Shown here: positions 18,528 to 29,810 of the stretch, piece after piece
How positions within the stretch are numbered: the first letter of the stretch is position 1
Layout: each line of letters opens with the position of its first letter
Origin: a bacterium
GTDB taxonomy: Bacteria; Bacillota_I; Bacilli_A; RF39; UBA660
NCBI GenBank assembly: GCA_029100545.1
Contig: JAQXPH010000010.1
Span: forward strand, 1 to 61,601
Direction: 5' to 3'
DNA: 61,601 nt
Made by a program: the position numbers and the translations under genes
Notes under the pieces: model-generated
Told to the model about the DNA's origin: nothing
Databases searched by the model: none
The model's input: only the letters and a program-made list of their open reading frames with translations

Positions 18528-19541
18528 TTATCTTCTTTTAGTATCATTGACACTTTCATATTTTTTTGTTTTTATGTCGTTTATCCAATCTTGATTATTC
18601 ACATACCATTCAACAGTTTCACGCATTCCATCATCAAAAGTATATGTTCTATTCCAACCAAGTTCTTGTTCTGATTTTGTAGAATCAATAGCATATCTTA
18701 AATCATGTCCTGGTCTATCATTAACAAATGTAATTAAATTTTCTGGCTTATTTAATATTTTTAAAATTGTCTTCACAACTTCTAAATTGGTTCTTTCAGA
18801 ATGACCACCTAAATTATAAACATTTCCAGGAATTCCTTTATGCAAAATCAAATCAACTCCAACGTTATGGTCATGAACATGAATCCAATCTCTAACATTT
18901 TCTCCTGTACCATAAACTGGAATTGGTTCGTCATTTAATGCCTTACTAATTACTACAGGTATTAATTTTTCTGGAAATTGATAAGGTCCATAATTATTTG
19001 AGCATCTAGAAATAGTTGCAGGTAAATTAAATGTTCTCATATATGCCATAACCAATAAATCAGCAGAAGCTTTTGAGGCAGAATACGGACTTGATGTATG
19101 TATTGGTGTTGATTCAGTAAATTTCAAATCTGGTCTATCAAGTGGTAAATCGCCATATACTTCATCAGTAGAAACTTGATGATATCTTTTCACATTATAT
19201 TTTTTTGAAGCATCCATTAATACTTCAGTACCTATAATATTAGTTTTTAAAAATACTTCGGGATTTTTAATTGAATTATCAACATGACTTTCTGCTGCAA
19301 AATTTACTACCCAATCAAAATTTTCTTTTTCAAATAAATTAAAAACTAAATCTCTATCAGTTATATCTCCGTAAACAAATTTATAATTATTATATTTTTC
19401 TAATTCTTTAATATTATTATAATTTCCAGCATAAGTTAAAGAATCTAGGCATACAAAATAATAATCAGGATAATTTTTTACCATATAATGTAAAAAATTA
19501 CTTCCTATAAATCCTGCTCCACCAGTTACTAATACTTTCAT
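18528..19541 (-). CDS. rmlB: dTDP-glucose 4,6-dehydratase
   Basis: [53 protein letters not shown]. Confidence 0.97.
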   Translation of the reverse strand: MKVLVTGGAGFIGSNFLHYMVKNYPDYYFVCLDSLTYAGNYNNIKELEKYNNYKFVYGDITDRDLVFNLFEKENFDWVVNFAAESHVDNSIKNPEVFLKTNIIGTEVLMDASKKYNVKRYHQVSTDEVYGDLPLDRPDLKFTESTPIHTSSPYSASKASADLLVMAYMRTFNLPATISRCSNNYGPYQFPEKLIPVVISKALNDEPIPVYGTGENVRDWIHVHDHNVGVDLILHKGIPGNVYNLGGHSERTNLEVVKTILKILNKPENLITFVNDRPGHDLRYAIDSTKSEQELGWNRTYTFDDGMRETVEWYVNNQDWINDIKTKKYESVNDTKRR

Positions 19542-20419
19542 TTAATTCTCCTCTCATTTTTAACTAAATTTAAAATATATTGACCATATTCTGTCTGTTT
19601 AAGTTCTTCTCCTAAAGTTATTAATTCATCGTCAGTTATAAAACCTCTTCTCCATGCAATTTCTTCTAAACAAGCAATGTATGTGCCTTGCATTTCTTGA
19701 ATTTCCTCGATAAATGAAGATGCTTTTAACATATTTTGTGGAGTACCAGTATCAAGCCAAGCAATTCCCCTTCTCATTAATTCTACTTTTAAATTACCTT
19801 TTTTTAAATATTCATTATTAACTGATGTAATTTCAATTTCACCACGTGCAGATGGTTTAACGTTTTCAGCGATTTCAACAACATCATTATCATAAAAATA
19901 TAAGCCTGGAACAGCAAAATTTGATTTTGGAACCTCTGGTTTTTCTTCAATACTTAATACATTATAATTTTCATCAAATTCCACTACGCCAAATGCTTTA
20001 GGATTCTTTACTGGAACGCCAAAAATAGTTGCACCATTATTTTGTTTTTTGGCATTATTAAGTAAATCCGTCATACCTTGACCATAAAAAACATTATCGC
20101 CCAAAATCAAGCATACAGAGTCGTTTCCAATAAACTCTTTTCCTAAAATAAATGCATCTGCTAGTCCCCTTGGCTCATTTTGAACAACATATTCAAAATG
20201 AATTCCTAGCTTACTACCATCCCCAAGAAGTTCCCTATAAATAGGTAAATCCTTTGGTGTAGAAATAATAAGAATATCTTTAATATCAGCCAACATTAGT
20301 ATAGATAGTGGATAATAAATCATTGGTTTATCATACAAAGCAAGTAATTGTTTTGACACTACCTTAGTCATTGGATAAAGTCTAGTCCCCTTTCCTCCTG
20401 CTAAAATAATTCCTTTCAT
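19538..20419 (-). CDS. rmlA: Glucose-1-phosphate thymidylyltransferase
   Basis: [40 protein letters not shown]. Confidence 0.97.
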   Translation of the reverse strand: MKGIILAGGKGTRLYPMTKVVSKQLLALYDKPMIYYPLSILMLADIKDILIISTPKDLPIYRELLGDGSKLGIHFEYVVQNEPRGLADAFILGKEFIGNDSVCLILGDNVFYGQGMTDLLNNAKKQNNGATIFGVPVKNPKAFGVVEFDENYNVLSIEEKPEVPKSNFAVPGLYFYDNDVVEIAENVKPSARGEIEITSVNNEYLKKGNLKVELMRRGIAWLDTGTPQNMLKASSFIEEIQEMQGTYIACLEEIAWRRGFITDDELITLGEELKQTEYGQYILNLVKNERRIK

Positions 20420-20461
20420 CTTTCCTCCTAAATTAATTATAACATAGTGATTTACAATAAT

Positions 20462-22390
20462 CTACTTTTCAAATTTAAAGTTATCAAAAAATAGTGAATA
20501 ACATAACAAAAATGGCATCAATGTATATAACGGATAAATATATCTAAATTCACAAAATACTGGTGATGCAATTACAGTTAGCCATAATAATAGCATCATA
20601 ATATATACTATCAATAATTTGTACTTTCTATTAATAAGAAGATTAAATATTGAAAATAAAAGAACCCAAAAGCAAAAACCAGCACTGAAAAGCATTGAAA
20701 TTACAGGAAGTTTTCTTAATTGAATAATGACATTTTCTGTTGTAAAAGAGTGTTTTATTATTGGTTGATTATCTAAGTCATATTCTTCAAAATATAGCCA
20801 AGTAGCTTCAGTAGCATTTTTTTCATATACTGACCAATAAACTGTTTCTGGATACCAATAACCATAACTATTTTCAAAAAATGAATCAAAATAAATATTT
20901 GGATGTTTTTTAAATAAATCAAACCAGACACTCAAAAACTCTTTATAATTATTGCTAAAGTCGATATTTTTCCAAGTAGACTTAACAGGATCAGAAATAA
21001 TTGGATCATATAAGTTTCCTATGTTCTTTGCATCTAAAAATTTATCAATTACATTGTACTGTTTTTTTGATATCTCATTGGGATAATATTTTGAAAATCT
21101 AGCAATTTGTTGTATAGGAATTGAAAGCGCTTCTTTTATAGAACCATCTTCAACATTAAGCATTTTAAAAATAGGACCCTTTATAACAAAAGCACAAAAC
21201 AAACTTAAAACAAGTGTAATTGTTATAACAACTGATTGTTTTTTTAAAATTAATATAATAAAAGGAATTAATAAAAATATTAAATAAATACCATTATTTC
21301 TAGATACACTAACACAAACACCTAAAATAAAAAGTAGTAAATAACGAATATTTAACTTTGTCATATTTTTATTTAAAATGTCAACTAACAAAATAACAAA
21401 ATAAATTACAAATATTGTAAATGGAATGTCTTTCCATACTGTAAAACTATACATTGCATTTATTGGTGATAACAAAAGAAATAAATAACAAATTAAAATA
21501 TATATTAATTTAATATTATTATTTATTAAATAATAAATCAATACACTAAAAGCAAGTGAAAGCATGCATATTTGAAATAAACAATAAACTATCATTGCTG
21601 TTTTAACACTCCTAAATATCATTAAAAATAATTTTAATAGTAAAGTAAAAGTTACTGGATGATGATTATTTAATTCAAAATACCCTAAAGCTTGACCAAT
21701 AGAATAAAAAGAATCTTGAGAAAAAATTCCTGGAAAATACATCAAATAATATACTAAGTATATTGATATAAATGTTAAAAAAATTATCATAAAAATTTTC
21801 TTTGACTTTTTCGGAAGTTTATTATCAAGTTTATTGATTCTGTATAATTTAACATAAAAAGTAATTATAATAATAGTTAATATGATAAAGATAAATAAAC
21901 CCTTTCCAACTGTAGCAATATTTAACAAATCAATAACCGTCTTTTTATTTATTATATTATTTCCTAATAAATGAAAAACTGTCAATAAAAAGGATAAAAT
22001 CATACTATAAGTTATTATTCTCCAATTTAATCTTTTTTGAAGTTCAACTTTACCCTTTTTAATATTGTTTATAAAAAGTAAAATTATTCCAATATTAAAG
22101 TATACTGTTAATAATAATAAAATTGTAAGGTAAATTGGAATTCTAGATATGTAATCTCTAAAAAAATATGAAATGGAAATTATAAACGGTAATGATATTA
22201 AAATATTTTTTTTAGACTTTAAAATTTTGAAAAAATCATTTGAGTAAATAACTAATAAAAATACAAAATAAATTAAATAAAATACACTATTCCCATGTAT
22301 AAACAAATTACCGTAGAAGTCAACTCTAATTGAAATGAGAAAAGTTATAATACAACATAATAAAAAATATAAATATTTTTTCATATTCAT
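20462..22390 (-). CDS. Polytopic membrane protein of polysaccharide loci (DUF6020-like; possible GT-C)
   Basis: Many TM helices; FPGIFSQDS, NHHPV, WKDIPF, RNNG, EALSIPIQQIAR, FRYIYP. Confidence 0.6.
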   Translation of the reverse strand: MNMKKYLYFLLCCIITFLISIRVDFYGNLFIHGNSVFYLIYFVFLLVIYSNDFFKILKSKKNILISLPFIISISYFFRDYISRIPIYLTILLLLTVYFNIGIILLFINNIKKGKVELQKRLNWRIITYSMILSFLLTVFHLLGNNIINKKTVIDLLNIATVGKGLFIFIILTIIIITFYVKLYRINKLDNKLPKKSKKIFMIIFLTFISIYLVYYLMYFPGIFSQDSFYSIGQALGYFELNNHHPVTFTLLLKLFLMIFRSVKTAMIVYCLFQICMLSLAFSVLIYYLINNNIKLIYILICYLFLLLSPINAMYSFTVWKDIPFTIFVIYFVILLVDILNKNMTKLNIRYLLLFILGVCVSVSRNNGIYLIFLLIPFIILILKKQSVVITITLVLSLFCAFVIKGPIFKMLNVEDGSIKEALSIPIQQIARFSKYYPNEISKKQYNVIDKFLDAKNIGNLYDPIISDPVKSTWKNIDFSNNYKEFLSVWFDLFKKHPNIYFDSFFENSYGYWYPETVYWSVYEKNATEATWLYFEEYDLDNQPIIKHSFTTENVIIQLRKLPVISMLFSAGFCFWVLLFSIFNLLINRKYKLLIVYIMMLLLWLTVIASPVFCEFRYIYPLYTLMPFLLCYSLFFDNFKFEK

Positions 22391-22396
22391 ATTTCC

Positions 22397-23506
22397 TTAA
22401 TAATTGTTAATTGTTTGAATAACATAATCTATTTCTTCCTCTGTCATTCCATAAAACATAGGTAAACTAACTTCTTGTGCTGCTATTTGCTCTGCAATAG
22501 GAAAACTTAAATTATTATATTCTTCATAAGCTTTTTGTTTGTGAATTGCAATAGGATAATGAACTAATGTCTTAATACCGTTTTCACTCATGTAATTCAT
22601 AAAATTTTCACGGTCTTTAACTCTTATTGCAAATATATGCCATACATGATAATTTCCATCTTTAACTACCGGTAATGAAATTTTATCATTATGTATACCA
22701 TTTAAATATTTTTGGGCAACAACATTTCTAAACGAATTCCATTTATCTAAATATTGTAGCTTAACATTCAATATAGCCGCTTGAATTTCATCAAGTCTTG
22801 AATTCTGACCTTTATAAATATGCTCATATTTTTTAGCTGAACCATAATTTGTAAGTGCTTTAGCTTTAATTGCATAATCTTCATTATTTGTTACTATGCA
22901 TCCTCCATCACCCATAGCACCTAAATTTTTTCCTGGATAAAAACTAAATTCTGTAAGGTCACCAAAAGAACCTATTTTTTTGCCTTTATAAAGTGCACCA
23001 TGACATTGAGCAGCATCCTCAAAAACCTTTAAATTGTGTTTTTTTGCAATCTCCATAATTGGATCCATATCACAAGCCTGTCCATATAAATGTACTGGAA
23101 TAATTACTTTTGTTTTATTAGTAATCTTTTCTTCAATTTTTGTTACATCAATAGTATAATCATCAAGATTTGGCTCAACAAATACTGGTGTTGCACCTAC
23201 GTATGTAATTGCTAAGACTGTAGCAATAAATGTATTTGATGGTACAATAACTTCATCTCCTTCTTTAACATTTAAAGTTTTTAATCCAATTATTAAACCA
23301 TCTAGGCCATTTCCAGTAGTTACACAATACTTTGCTCCAACATACTTAGCAAAATTTTCTTCAAACTTTTTCACTTGAGGTCCACCAATGTAATTACTGT
23401 TATCAATTACATTCATTATAGCATCATTTATTTCTTCTCTTATTTCATTATGCATTCTTGTTAAATCAACAAATTCTACTTTCAAATTTATCATCCCTTT
23501 CAACAT
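22397..23506 (-). CDS. fdtB: DegT/DnrJ/EryC1/StrS aminotransferase (FdtB-like)
   Basis: [43 protein letters not shown]; downstream of fdtA. Confidence 0.88.
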   Translation of the reverse strand: MLKGMINLKVEFVDLTRMHNEIREEINDAIMNVIDNSNYIGGPQVKKFEENFAKYVGAKYCVTTGNGLDGLIIGLKTLNVKEGDEVIVPSNTFIATVLAITYVGATPVFVEPNLDDYTIDVTKIEEKITNKTKVIIPVHLYGQACDMDPIMEIAKKHNLKVFEDAAQCHGALYKGKKIGSFGDLTEFSFYPGKNLGAMGDGGCIVTNNEDYAIKAKALTNYGSAKKYEHIYKGQNSRLDEIQAAILNVKLQYLDKWNSFRNVVAQKYLNGIHNDKISLPVVKDGNYHVWHIFAIRVKDRENFMNYMSENGIKTLVHYPIAIHKQKAYEEYNNLSFPIAEQIAAQEVSLPMFYGMTEEEIDYVIQTINNY

Positions 23507-24032
23507 ATTTTTTGTAGTTTTTATATAATTTAATAAAATCTTTCTTTTCTAATTCGTAAAACTCGTCTAAATCATTTTCATATATCTTTTTAAATCCAAA
23601 TCTTTGATAAAAATTTTTAGCATGTAAATTATTAATTCTAACATCTAATTCAATTTTTTCCATATTTAAATTAAAAAATGCAAAACATAAAATTAATATC
23701 ATTGATTCAAGTGCAGCATATTTAGGATGCTTTTCATTCATTATAAAACTTCCAAATGTTGCCTTGTTTTCATTCATATCAATATTATATAATCGTACAA
23801 CTCCAATATCATTATTTTCATAATCCTTAGTTTTAAAATAAAACTCTTTTTTTTCTTTTTCTCTTTCTTTATATTTTGATATCCAAAGTTTTTGATTGTC
23901 TATATTATTTTCAGTTGGTGATAGGTATTTGTTCAACCTTTCATTAGTACGTAAACTCAATATAAATTTGGCATCATCCACTTCAACAAATGTTAAATAA
24001 ATAGTCTTTCCATATAAATTCATTTTTTCCAA
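23466..24032 (-). CDS. GNAT N-acyltransferase, probably acting on a dTDP-3-amino sugar
   Basis: [38 protein letters not shown]; sits between fdtA and fdtB. Confidence 0.75.
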   Translation of the reverse strand: MEKMNLYGKTIYLTFVEVDDAKFILSLRTNERLNKYLSPTENNIDNQKLWISKYKEREKEKKEFYFKTKDYENNDIGVVRLYNIDMNENKATFGSFIMNEKHPKYAALESMILILCFAFFNLNMEKIELDVRINNLHAKNFYQRFGFKKIYENDLDEFYELEKKDFIKLYKNYKKYVERDDKFESRIC

Positions 24033-24433
24033 TATTCCCTTCCAAGTTGTATGAATTCATCATAATCTCTAATATAATCAGATTCATCATATTCATGATC
24101 TGCTAAAACTAATAATACTGCATCCTCTGAAAAATCGAACATTTCTCTCCATATCATTGGGCCTATAAGTAAACCTTTATCATTTGAATCTAATGTTATT
24201 ATTTCTTCATCATACGAATCACTTATCTTAACTTTAACACATCCAGAAATTGCAATCAATATCTGATTTAAATCTTTATGAGAATGGAACCCTCTAGGTG
24301 TATCTTTTTTTACATTATAAATATAATATATTCTTTTAATTTCAATTGGTATTTGTTTGGGATACTCCAAAGCAATCAAACTTCCTCTACCATCTGTATG
24401 CTCTTTAAAATTAATTATTTCTTTTTTTACCAT
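24020..24433 (-). CDS. fdtA: dTDP-6-deoxy-3,4-keto-hexulose isomerase (FdtA/QdtA cupin)
   Basis: DGRGSL, IKRIYYIY, RGFHSHK, WREM, VLLVLA..YDESDYIRDY. Confidence 0.92.
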   Translation of the reverse strand: MVKKEIINFKEHTDGRGSLIALEYPKQIPIEIKRIYYIYNVKKDTPRGFHSHKDLNQILIAISGCVKVKISDSYDEEIITLDSNDKGLLIGPMIWREMFDFSEDAVLLVLADHEYDESDYIRDYDEFIQLGREYWKK

Positions 24434-24586
24434 ATTTTATCCTTTCATTTATTAATCTAAAAATTCTTGTTATTTTCCAACTCTTGGAATTTTCCATATC
24501 AAAAATAATTTTTTTATACTTTTTATTTTCCATCAATAAATTTGTTTTTTCGTTGAAAAATTTAGTAATAGTTTCATTTTGAATAT

Positions 24587-25765
24587 TTATTTGTAATTAT
24601 TTGATACATTAATAATTTCTTTTTCTAATGTATTTTTTTCTTTTTGAAGTCCTTTTATATAATCTTCAAGTAAATATTCTAATAAATATTGGGAACAACT
24701 CATACCATTTTTAGGAATGTAGTCAATAGTTGAAATATTCTTTTTCCTATTATTGAATAAATAATCATCACCATTTATTAAATTTACAATATTTTTTCTA
24801 AAACTATTATTGTTATCTACTATATATGCATTATCAATTATTATTTTCCCCAATTTATTTGGAGTAATATCACTTTTACAAAAAATGTATGGTTTTCCCG
24901 TAAGAGCATATTCCACAAGAGTTGATGAATGATCAGATATAAAAATATCAGCATCTAATACATCATCTAAAAAATTTTGTCCGTCCAATTTTTTAAAATT
25001 TGAGAAAGCTAACAATTTATTTATGTACCCATTAAACTTATCTCTCAATTTTTTATTATCAATTTTATATTCAAAGAATGGGTGAAAATATATTTTAAAT
25101 AAAATGTCAGGATATTCACCAACTAATTTAATAAATTCCTCTATATAGTCAAAAAAATGTGATTCATACGATTCCATTGTCCATCTTGGCTTCCAAATTA
25201 TGGTAAATATATGTTTTCTCTTACTTGTTATATTTTTTCTTTTATTATAATAAAAATATTTGTCTAATTTTAAATAACCAACTGTTATAATTTTATTCTG
25301 ATAATTTAATCCATCTATTAAACTTGTTTCATTAAATACTTTATATACATCTTCATAAAATTCATTGCTACACATAAGTTTATACTTATCATCAAATTTA
25401 ATCATTATACTACCATAGGGAACTGAACAAATTTTTGAATACATTTTAACATTTTTTGAATTATATTCATCTGGCAAATAATAATTATATGGTTTTAAAT
25501 AAAAAACATAATCCGGATTTAATGTTTTCAAATCCAATAATTTGCCTGTTTTATTATCGTAACAATTAATATTCTCTATACAGTTTTTAGTTAAAAATTC
25601 ACTTATTTTATCAGAAGAAATAGTTTCTAAATCTTCATGACCTACATGAGGACAGGCTACAACAATAATATTAAATAACCTACTATTCTTACATTCTTTA
25701 TATACATATTCAAATGTATTAATGTAAAAATCGTTTACTAACCATACAATATTTATCTTTTTCAT
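24587..25765 (-). CDS. CDP-glycerol:glycerophosphotransferase (TagF/TagB-like) family protein; C-terminal tail apparently frameshifted
   Basis: PDYVFYLKPY, VPYG, GYLKLD, IIWKPRWT, FHP, FISDHSSTLVEYALTGKP. Confidence 0.75.
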   Translation of the reverse strand: MKKINIVWLVNDFYINTFEYVYKECKNSRLFNIIVVACPHVGHEDLETISSDKISEFLTKNCIENINCYDNKTGKLLDLKTLNPDYVFYLKPYNYYLPDEYNSKNVKMYSKICSVPYGSIMIKFDDKYKLMCSNEFYEDVYKVFNETSLIDGLNYQNKIITVGYLKLDKYFYYNKRKNITSKRKHIFTIIWKPRWTMESYESHFFDYIEEFIKLVGEYPDILFKIYFHPFFEYKIDNKKLRDKFNGYINKLLAFSNFKKLDGQNFLDDVLDADIFISDHSSTLVEYALTGKPYIFCKSDITPNKLGKIIIDNAYIVDNNNSFRKNIVNLINGDDYLFNNRKKNISTIDYIPKNGMSCSQYLLEYLLEDYIKGLQKEKNTLEKEIINVSNNYK

Positions 25766-26799
25766 TTATTTACCAACTTTGATATTACTTTTTTATAAAA
25801 ATCTTTTTTAAATAGAAACAAAGGATTTCTTTTGATATATAAAAATATATTTTTTAAAGTATTTTTTTTCTTTGGTAACTCATTTTTTTTAATTACAATA
25901 TTAGATGGTAAATATTCAAGATATTCACGTAAAAAAGGAGTTTTAACAATGTATTTAAACCATTCCTCACTTTTAATTGTATCAACATATTTCCAAGGTT
26001 TTTCTGTTGATGCATAGTGTAATTGTATTGGATTTTTCATTGCACTTTTAAGTTCATTTTTAGAATATACTGAATCAGTTGAAAAATCATGATCAGTTTT
26101 ATAGAAATCCCACATGTAAGTACAAGTACAATAATTTAAACTTAAATATTTTACTTTTCCATCACAACATATATTTAATACATCTTGTTCAGCATAAATT
26201 ATTTTATCATAATTTGTAGATAAATATTGAATAAATTTTTCTTCAATATTTTTTTCACGCATATATCTTAAATTAAATACTATATATCCTCCACAAAAAC
26301 CATTTAATAAACTAATTTCATCAGCGGTAAAGTTGTTTGCATATACACTATTAAAATTTTTTAAAAAACCTATTTGTCTTACTCCAGATAAGTAGTATTT
26401 ATCTTTACTATTAATAGAAAAATAACTCTTAGAAATATCATCTAAAAATAATACATCTACATCACTCACAATTAATTTATCATAGTTTGGGAATAAAGAC
26501 GAAACCAACAATTTATATAAAACTTCTTTAGAAAAATGAACCTTTGACTTCAATTTATTCCAAATATCATTAAACCTATCATTCATGTTTATAAATGTTA
26601 AATCAACATTATCTTTAAAATCTATTAAAGTTAGTTTTAATTTTTCTTGTTGTTTTTTAGTTATATCACTATGAAGTATATAGAATTTATAATAATATTT
26701 CTTATTAGCATGTTCCATTAAAGAATAAAACGCTGTAGAAGCTGGAATGACATAATTAGTATCAAAACAAAACATAATTGGTATAACTTCTTTTTTCAT
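25762..26799 (-). CDS. GT8 glycosyltransferase
   Basis: IPIMFCFDTNY, SDVDVLF, AEQDVLN, QLHYASTEKPW. Confidence 0.9.
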   Translation of the reverse strand: MKKEVIPIMFCFDTNYVIPASTAFYSLMEHANKKYYYKFYILHSDITKKQQEKLKLTLIDFKDNVDLTFINMNDRFNDIWNKLKSKVHFSKEVLYKLLVSSLFPNYDKLIVSDVDVLFLDDISKSYFSINSKDKYYLSGVRQIGFLKNFNSVYANNFTADEISLLNGFCGGYIVFNLRYMREKNIEEKFIQYLSTNYDKIIYAEQDVLNICCDGKVKYLSLNYCTCTYMWDFYKTDHDFSTDSVYSKNELKSAMKNPIQLHYASTEKPWKYVDTIKSEEWFKYIVKTPFLREYLEYLPSNIVIKKNELPKKKNTLKNIFLYIKRNPLFLFKKDFYKKVISKLVNK

Positions 26800-27869
26800 T
26801 TTAAAAAATTTCTCCTTTTCAACTCTTTTACAATAATTATATAAAATATGGGCATTAATACACTTAATAAATATGGACTAATGTACTTATATAATATAAT
26901 AAAAACAATAAACAATAGTAATAGTATTAAAAGATAAATTAATCTATATAAAACAAAATGTAATTTATATAAAAATAAATCCATGTTTATCAATAATCTA
27001 AAATAGTATGTTAAAAAAAATTTTAAATTAAATTTATTATACATATTTATAAATAATTTATATCTATTAAACACATCATTTTTATCATCAACTGACATTT
27101 CAGATAAATCGTTAAATACTTCATTATTATATATATTATATGTATCATTTAAGATATCCTTAATAATACCCTTAGGAATTTTAAAACTTTCACTAATTCC
27201 ACCACCACGATGTTTTAATGAAATATTTGGTATTAATAGTATTTTATTATTCAAACGGGTAATTTTTAAAAACCATGACCAATCCTCTATTAAATGATAT
27301 TTTTCATCCATATAATTACAATTTTCAAAAAGAGATTTTCTATATGCTGTAGCTCCGGGAGCAAATATAGGTCCCTTTTTTAATAATTTATTTTGTTCTT
27401 TAGTATTAAGTTTATTAAAGAGTTCTATGTTTTCTTTATGGGGGAATTTATTATCGCCATTTAATTTTTCATCACATAATAAGCATATTGAACTTATACA
27501 ATTAATTTCATTTTCTTTTTCAAATATTAAATTCATATTTGATATAACTTTAGAATTATATAAAACATCATCTGCGGCAAATATATATATATACTCTCCT
27601 TTTGCTATTTTTAATGCTTTATTTAATGTTTTAACTGTACCTATATTTTGTTTATTAATTACAATTTCAATATTCTTAATGTTATCATTTTTTTTCTTAT
27701 TAATATAATTTAAAACTTTTTTAGAATCAAAATCAATTGAAAAATCATCACATATTATTAACTCAATATTTTTATAATCTTGTATTAAAATTGAATCTAT
27801 AGCCTCAAAAATATATTTAAACTGATTAAAATGAGTAAGTATTATACTCCATAATTTATTTTTTTGCAT
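26796..27869 (-). CDS. GT2 glycosyltransferase with C-terminal TM helices
   Basis: IELIICDDFS, NIGTVK, FAADD, IEDW, HRGGGIS. Confidence 0.88.
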   Translation of the reverse strand: MQKNKLWSIILTHFNQFKYIFEAIDSILIQDYKNIELIICDDFSIDFDSKKVLNYINKKKNDNIKNIEIVINKQNIGTVKTLNKALKIAKGEYIYIFAADDVLYNSKVISNMNLIFEKENEINCISSICLLCDEKLNGDNKFPHKENIELFNKLNTKEQNKLLKKGPIFAPGATAYRKSLFENCNYMDEKYHLIEDWSWFLKITRLNNKILLIPNISLKHRGGGISESFKIPKGIIKDILNDTYNIYNNEVFNDLSEMSVDDKNDVFNRYKLFINMYNKFNLKFFLTYYFRLLINMDLFLYKLHFVLYRLIYLLILLLLFIVFIILYKYISPYLLSVLMPIFYIIIVKELKRRNFLK

Positions 27870-29037
27870 GTTTTCTCCTTAAAAATAATAATAACTTAAC
27901 TGTTAAACTTGATATAAAATAATTAATAACAAAAATAAAAAACATTAAAAATTTATTATTACAATATGTACAAGAAATCAAATTTAATATAATCCATAAA
28001 ATTAATAAAATTAATTGAAATAAAAATTTTTTATAATTAAATTTAAATGAATAATTATAAAAGTTATAAATTTTATTTCTTATATAGTTTTTCATTTTAA
28101 ATATAATTTTTTTAATATTTCTTCTAATAATTATAATAATATACCACCATTTACTAAATATTATTTTTCTATTTTTTGTTTCATATGTATTCTTATTTTC
28201 AGGAATTTTATTTGTTATAAAATATAAATAATTTCTATAATCATCAATAAGTTCTTTTTGCTCTTTAAAAGAAAATAAATTTAAATTTTTTAGCGTATAA
28301 TCCTCTTTTATCTTTAAAATATCACTGTAATAAACCTTTTGTACATTAGAAACTATTTTTTTATTATCACTTTTTGATACCCCTCCATCTCTATGGCATA
28401 ATGATGTAAAGTCTTCATATATTATTTTTTTGCCTTTTAAAGATAAATCAAGCCATAAACTGAGGTCCTCAACTAAAACATAATTATCAGGGATTAAATC
28501 ATTATTATTAATTAAAGTACTCCTATATGCGGTAGATCCAGCAGCATAAATACACTTTTTACATAATGCTTTAAAAATATCAATTGGTTCCATAGAATTT
28601 AATTTCAATGCTTCATCAACATCAACATAATTTGAATGTATTTTTTTGAAATTTTCATCATATAAAATACATTGAGAAGATATAATATCAATGTTTATAT
28701 TATTATTAAAAGCTAAAATAAAATTGCTTAATACATACTTATCATATAATTTATCATCAGCTGCAAATATTAAAAAATAATTCCCAGTAATTTGTTTTAA
28801 TGATAAATTTATAATTTTAACTGTGCCAATATTTTTTTTCAATTTTAAAAATTTTACTTCTATATTTTTTCTTTTCTTTTTTATATAATTATCAACTTTT
28901 GAAATATTTAGGTCTGAACCATCATCACAAATTATCAACTCTATATTTTGATAATCTTGAGATAATATAGAATCTAAAGCTTCATTAATATAATTTTTTT
29001 GATTATAATACAATAAAATTATACTAAATTTTTCCAT
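27856..29037 (-). CDS. GT2 glycosyltransferase with C-terminal TM helices
   Basis: IELIICDDGS, NIGTVK, FAADD, VEDL, HRDGGVS; paralogue of the neighbouring GT2. Confidence 0.88.
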   Translation of the reverse strand: MEKFSIILLYYNQKNYINEALDSILSQDYQNIELIICDDGSDLNISKVDNYIKKKRKNIEVKFLKLKKNIGTVKIINLSLKQITGNYFLIFAADDKLYDKYVLSNFILAFNNNINIDIISSQCILYDENFKKIHSNYVDVDEALKLNSMEPIDIFKALCKKCIYAAGSTAYRSTLINNNDLIPDNYVLVEDLSLWLDLSLKGKKIIYEDFTSLCHRDGGVSKSDNKKIVSNVQKVYYSDILKIKEDYTLKNLNLFSFKEQKELIDDYRNYLYFITNKIPENKNTYETKNRKIIFSKWWYIIIIIRRNIKKIIFKMKNYIRNKIYNFYNYSFKFNYKKFLFQLILLILWIILNLISCTYCNNKFLMFFIFVINYFISSLTVKLLLFLRRKHAKK

Positions 29038-29054
29038 AATAACTCCACCATTCT

Positions 29055-29801
29055 TTATTTGTTTAACATAAATTCTTTATATTCATCACACACTTCTTTA
29101 CCACCTATTTTTTGCACAACCCCATGTTCTATCCAAACAACCTTATCACATAATTTTTTAATAGAATTCGCTGAATGTGAAACATATAATACAGTTGTTC
29201 CACCATTAATCATACTCATCATCTTATTTTCACTCTTTGTTTGAAATGCTAAATCGCCAACAGAAAGTATTTCATCAACAATTAATATTTCAGGATCTAC
29301 TATCGTAGCTATACTAAATGCAAGTCTTGCTACCATACCAGATGAAAAATTTTGAATTGGAACATCTAAAAAATCTTTTAGTTCTGAAAATTCAACAATT
29401 TCATCAAATTTTGAATCAATTAATCCTTTAGAATACCCCATTACTGCTCCATTTAAATAAATATTTTCTCGAGCAGTAAGTTGAGAATCAAATCCAGCAC
29501 CGAGTTCAATCATTGGACAAATGTTACCATAAACATTAACTTTTCCTTTTGTAGGTTTCATAACTCCTGCAACGACTTTTAAAAGTGTTGATTTACCAGC
29601 ACCATTTGAACCAATAAAACCAACAACTTCACCTTTTTTAATGTTAATATTTACATCTTTTAAAGCCCAAAATTCATTTTTAACTTTTTTCTTATGTTTA
29701 CCTATATCAACAAACCATTGTTTTAAAGAAAATCCTTTTTCAATACCAAGGTTAAATTTCATGGAAACATCTTTAATTTCAATCATATTATTATTTTCCA
29801 T
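29055..29801 (-). CDS. wzt: Polysaccharide/teichoic acid ABC exporter ATPase (Wzt/TagH-like)
   Basis: GSNGAGKST, FSSGMVARLAF, ILIVDEILSVGD, VSH. Confidence 0.93.
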   Translation of the reverse strand: MENNNMIEIKDVSMKFNLGIEKGFSLKQWFVDIGKHKKKVKNEFWALKDVNINIKKGEVVGFIGSNGAGKSTLLKVVAGVMKPTKGKVNVYGNICPMIELGAGFDSQLTARENIYLNGAVMGYSKGLIDSKFDEIVEFSELKDFLDVPIQNFSSGMVARLAFSIATIVDPEILIVDEILSVGDLAFQTKSENKMMSMINGGTTVLYVSHSANSIKKLCDKVVWIEHGVVQKIGGKEVCDEYKEFMLNK

Positions 29802-29810
29802 AATACCTCC

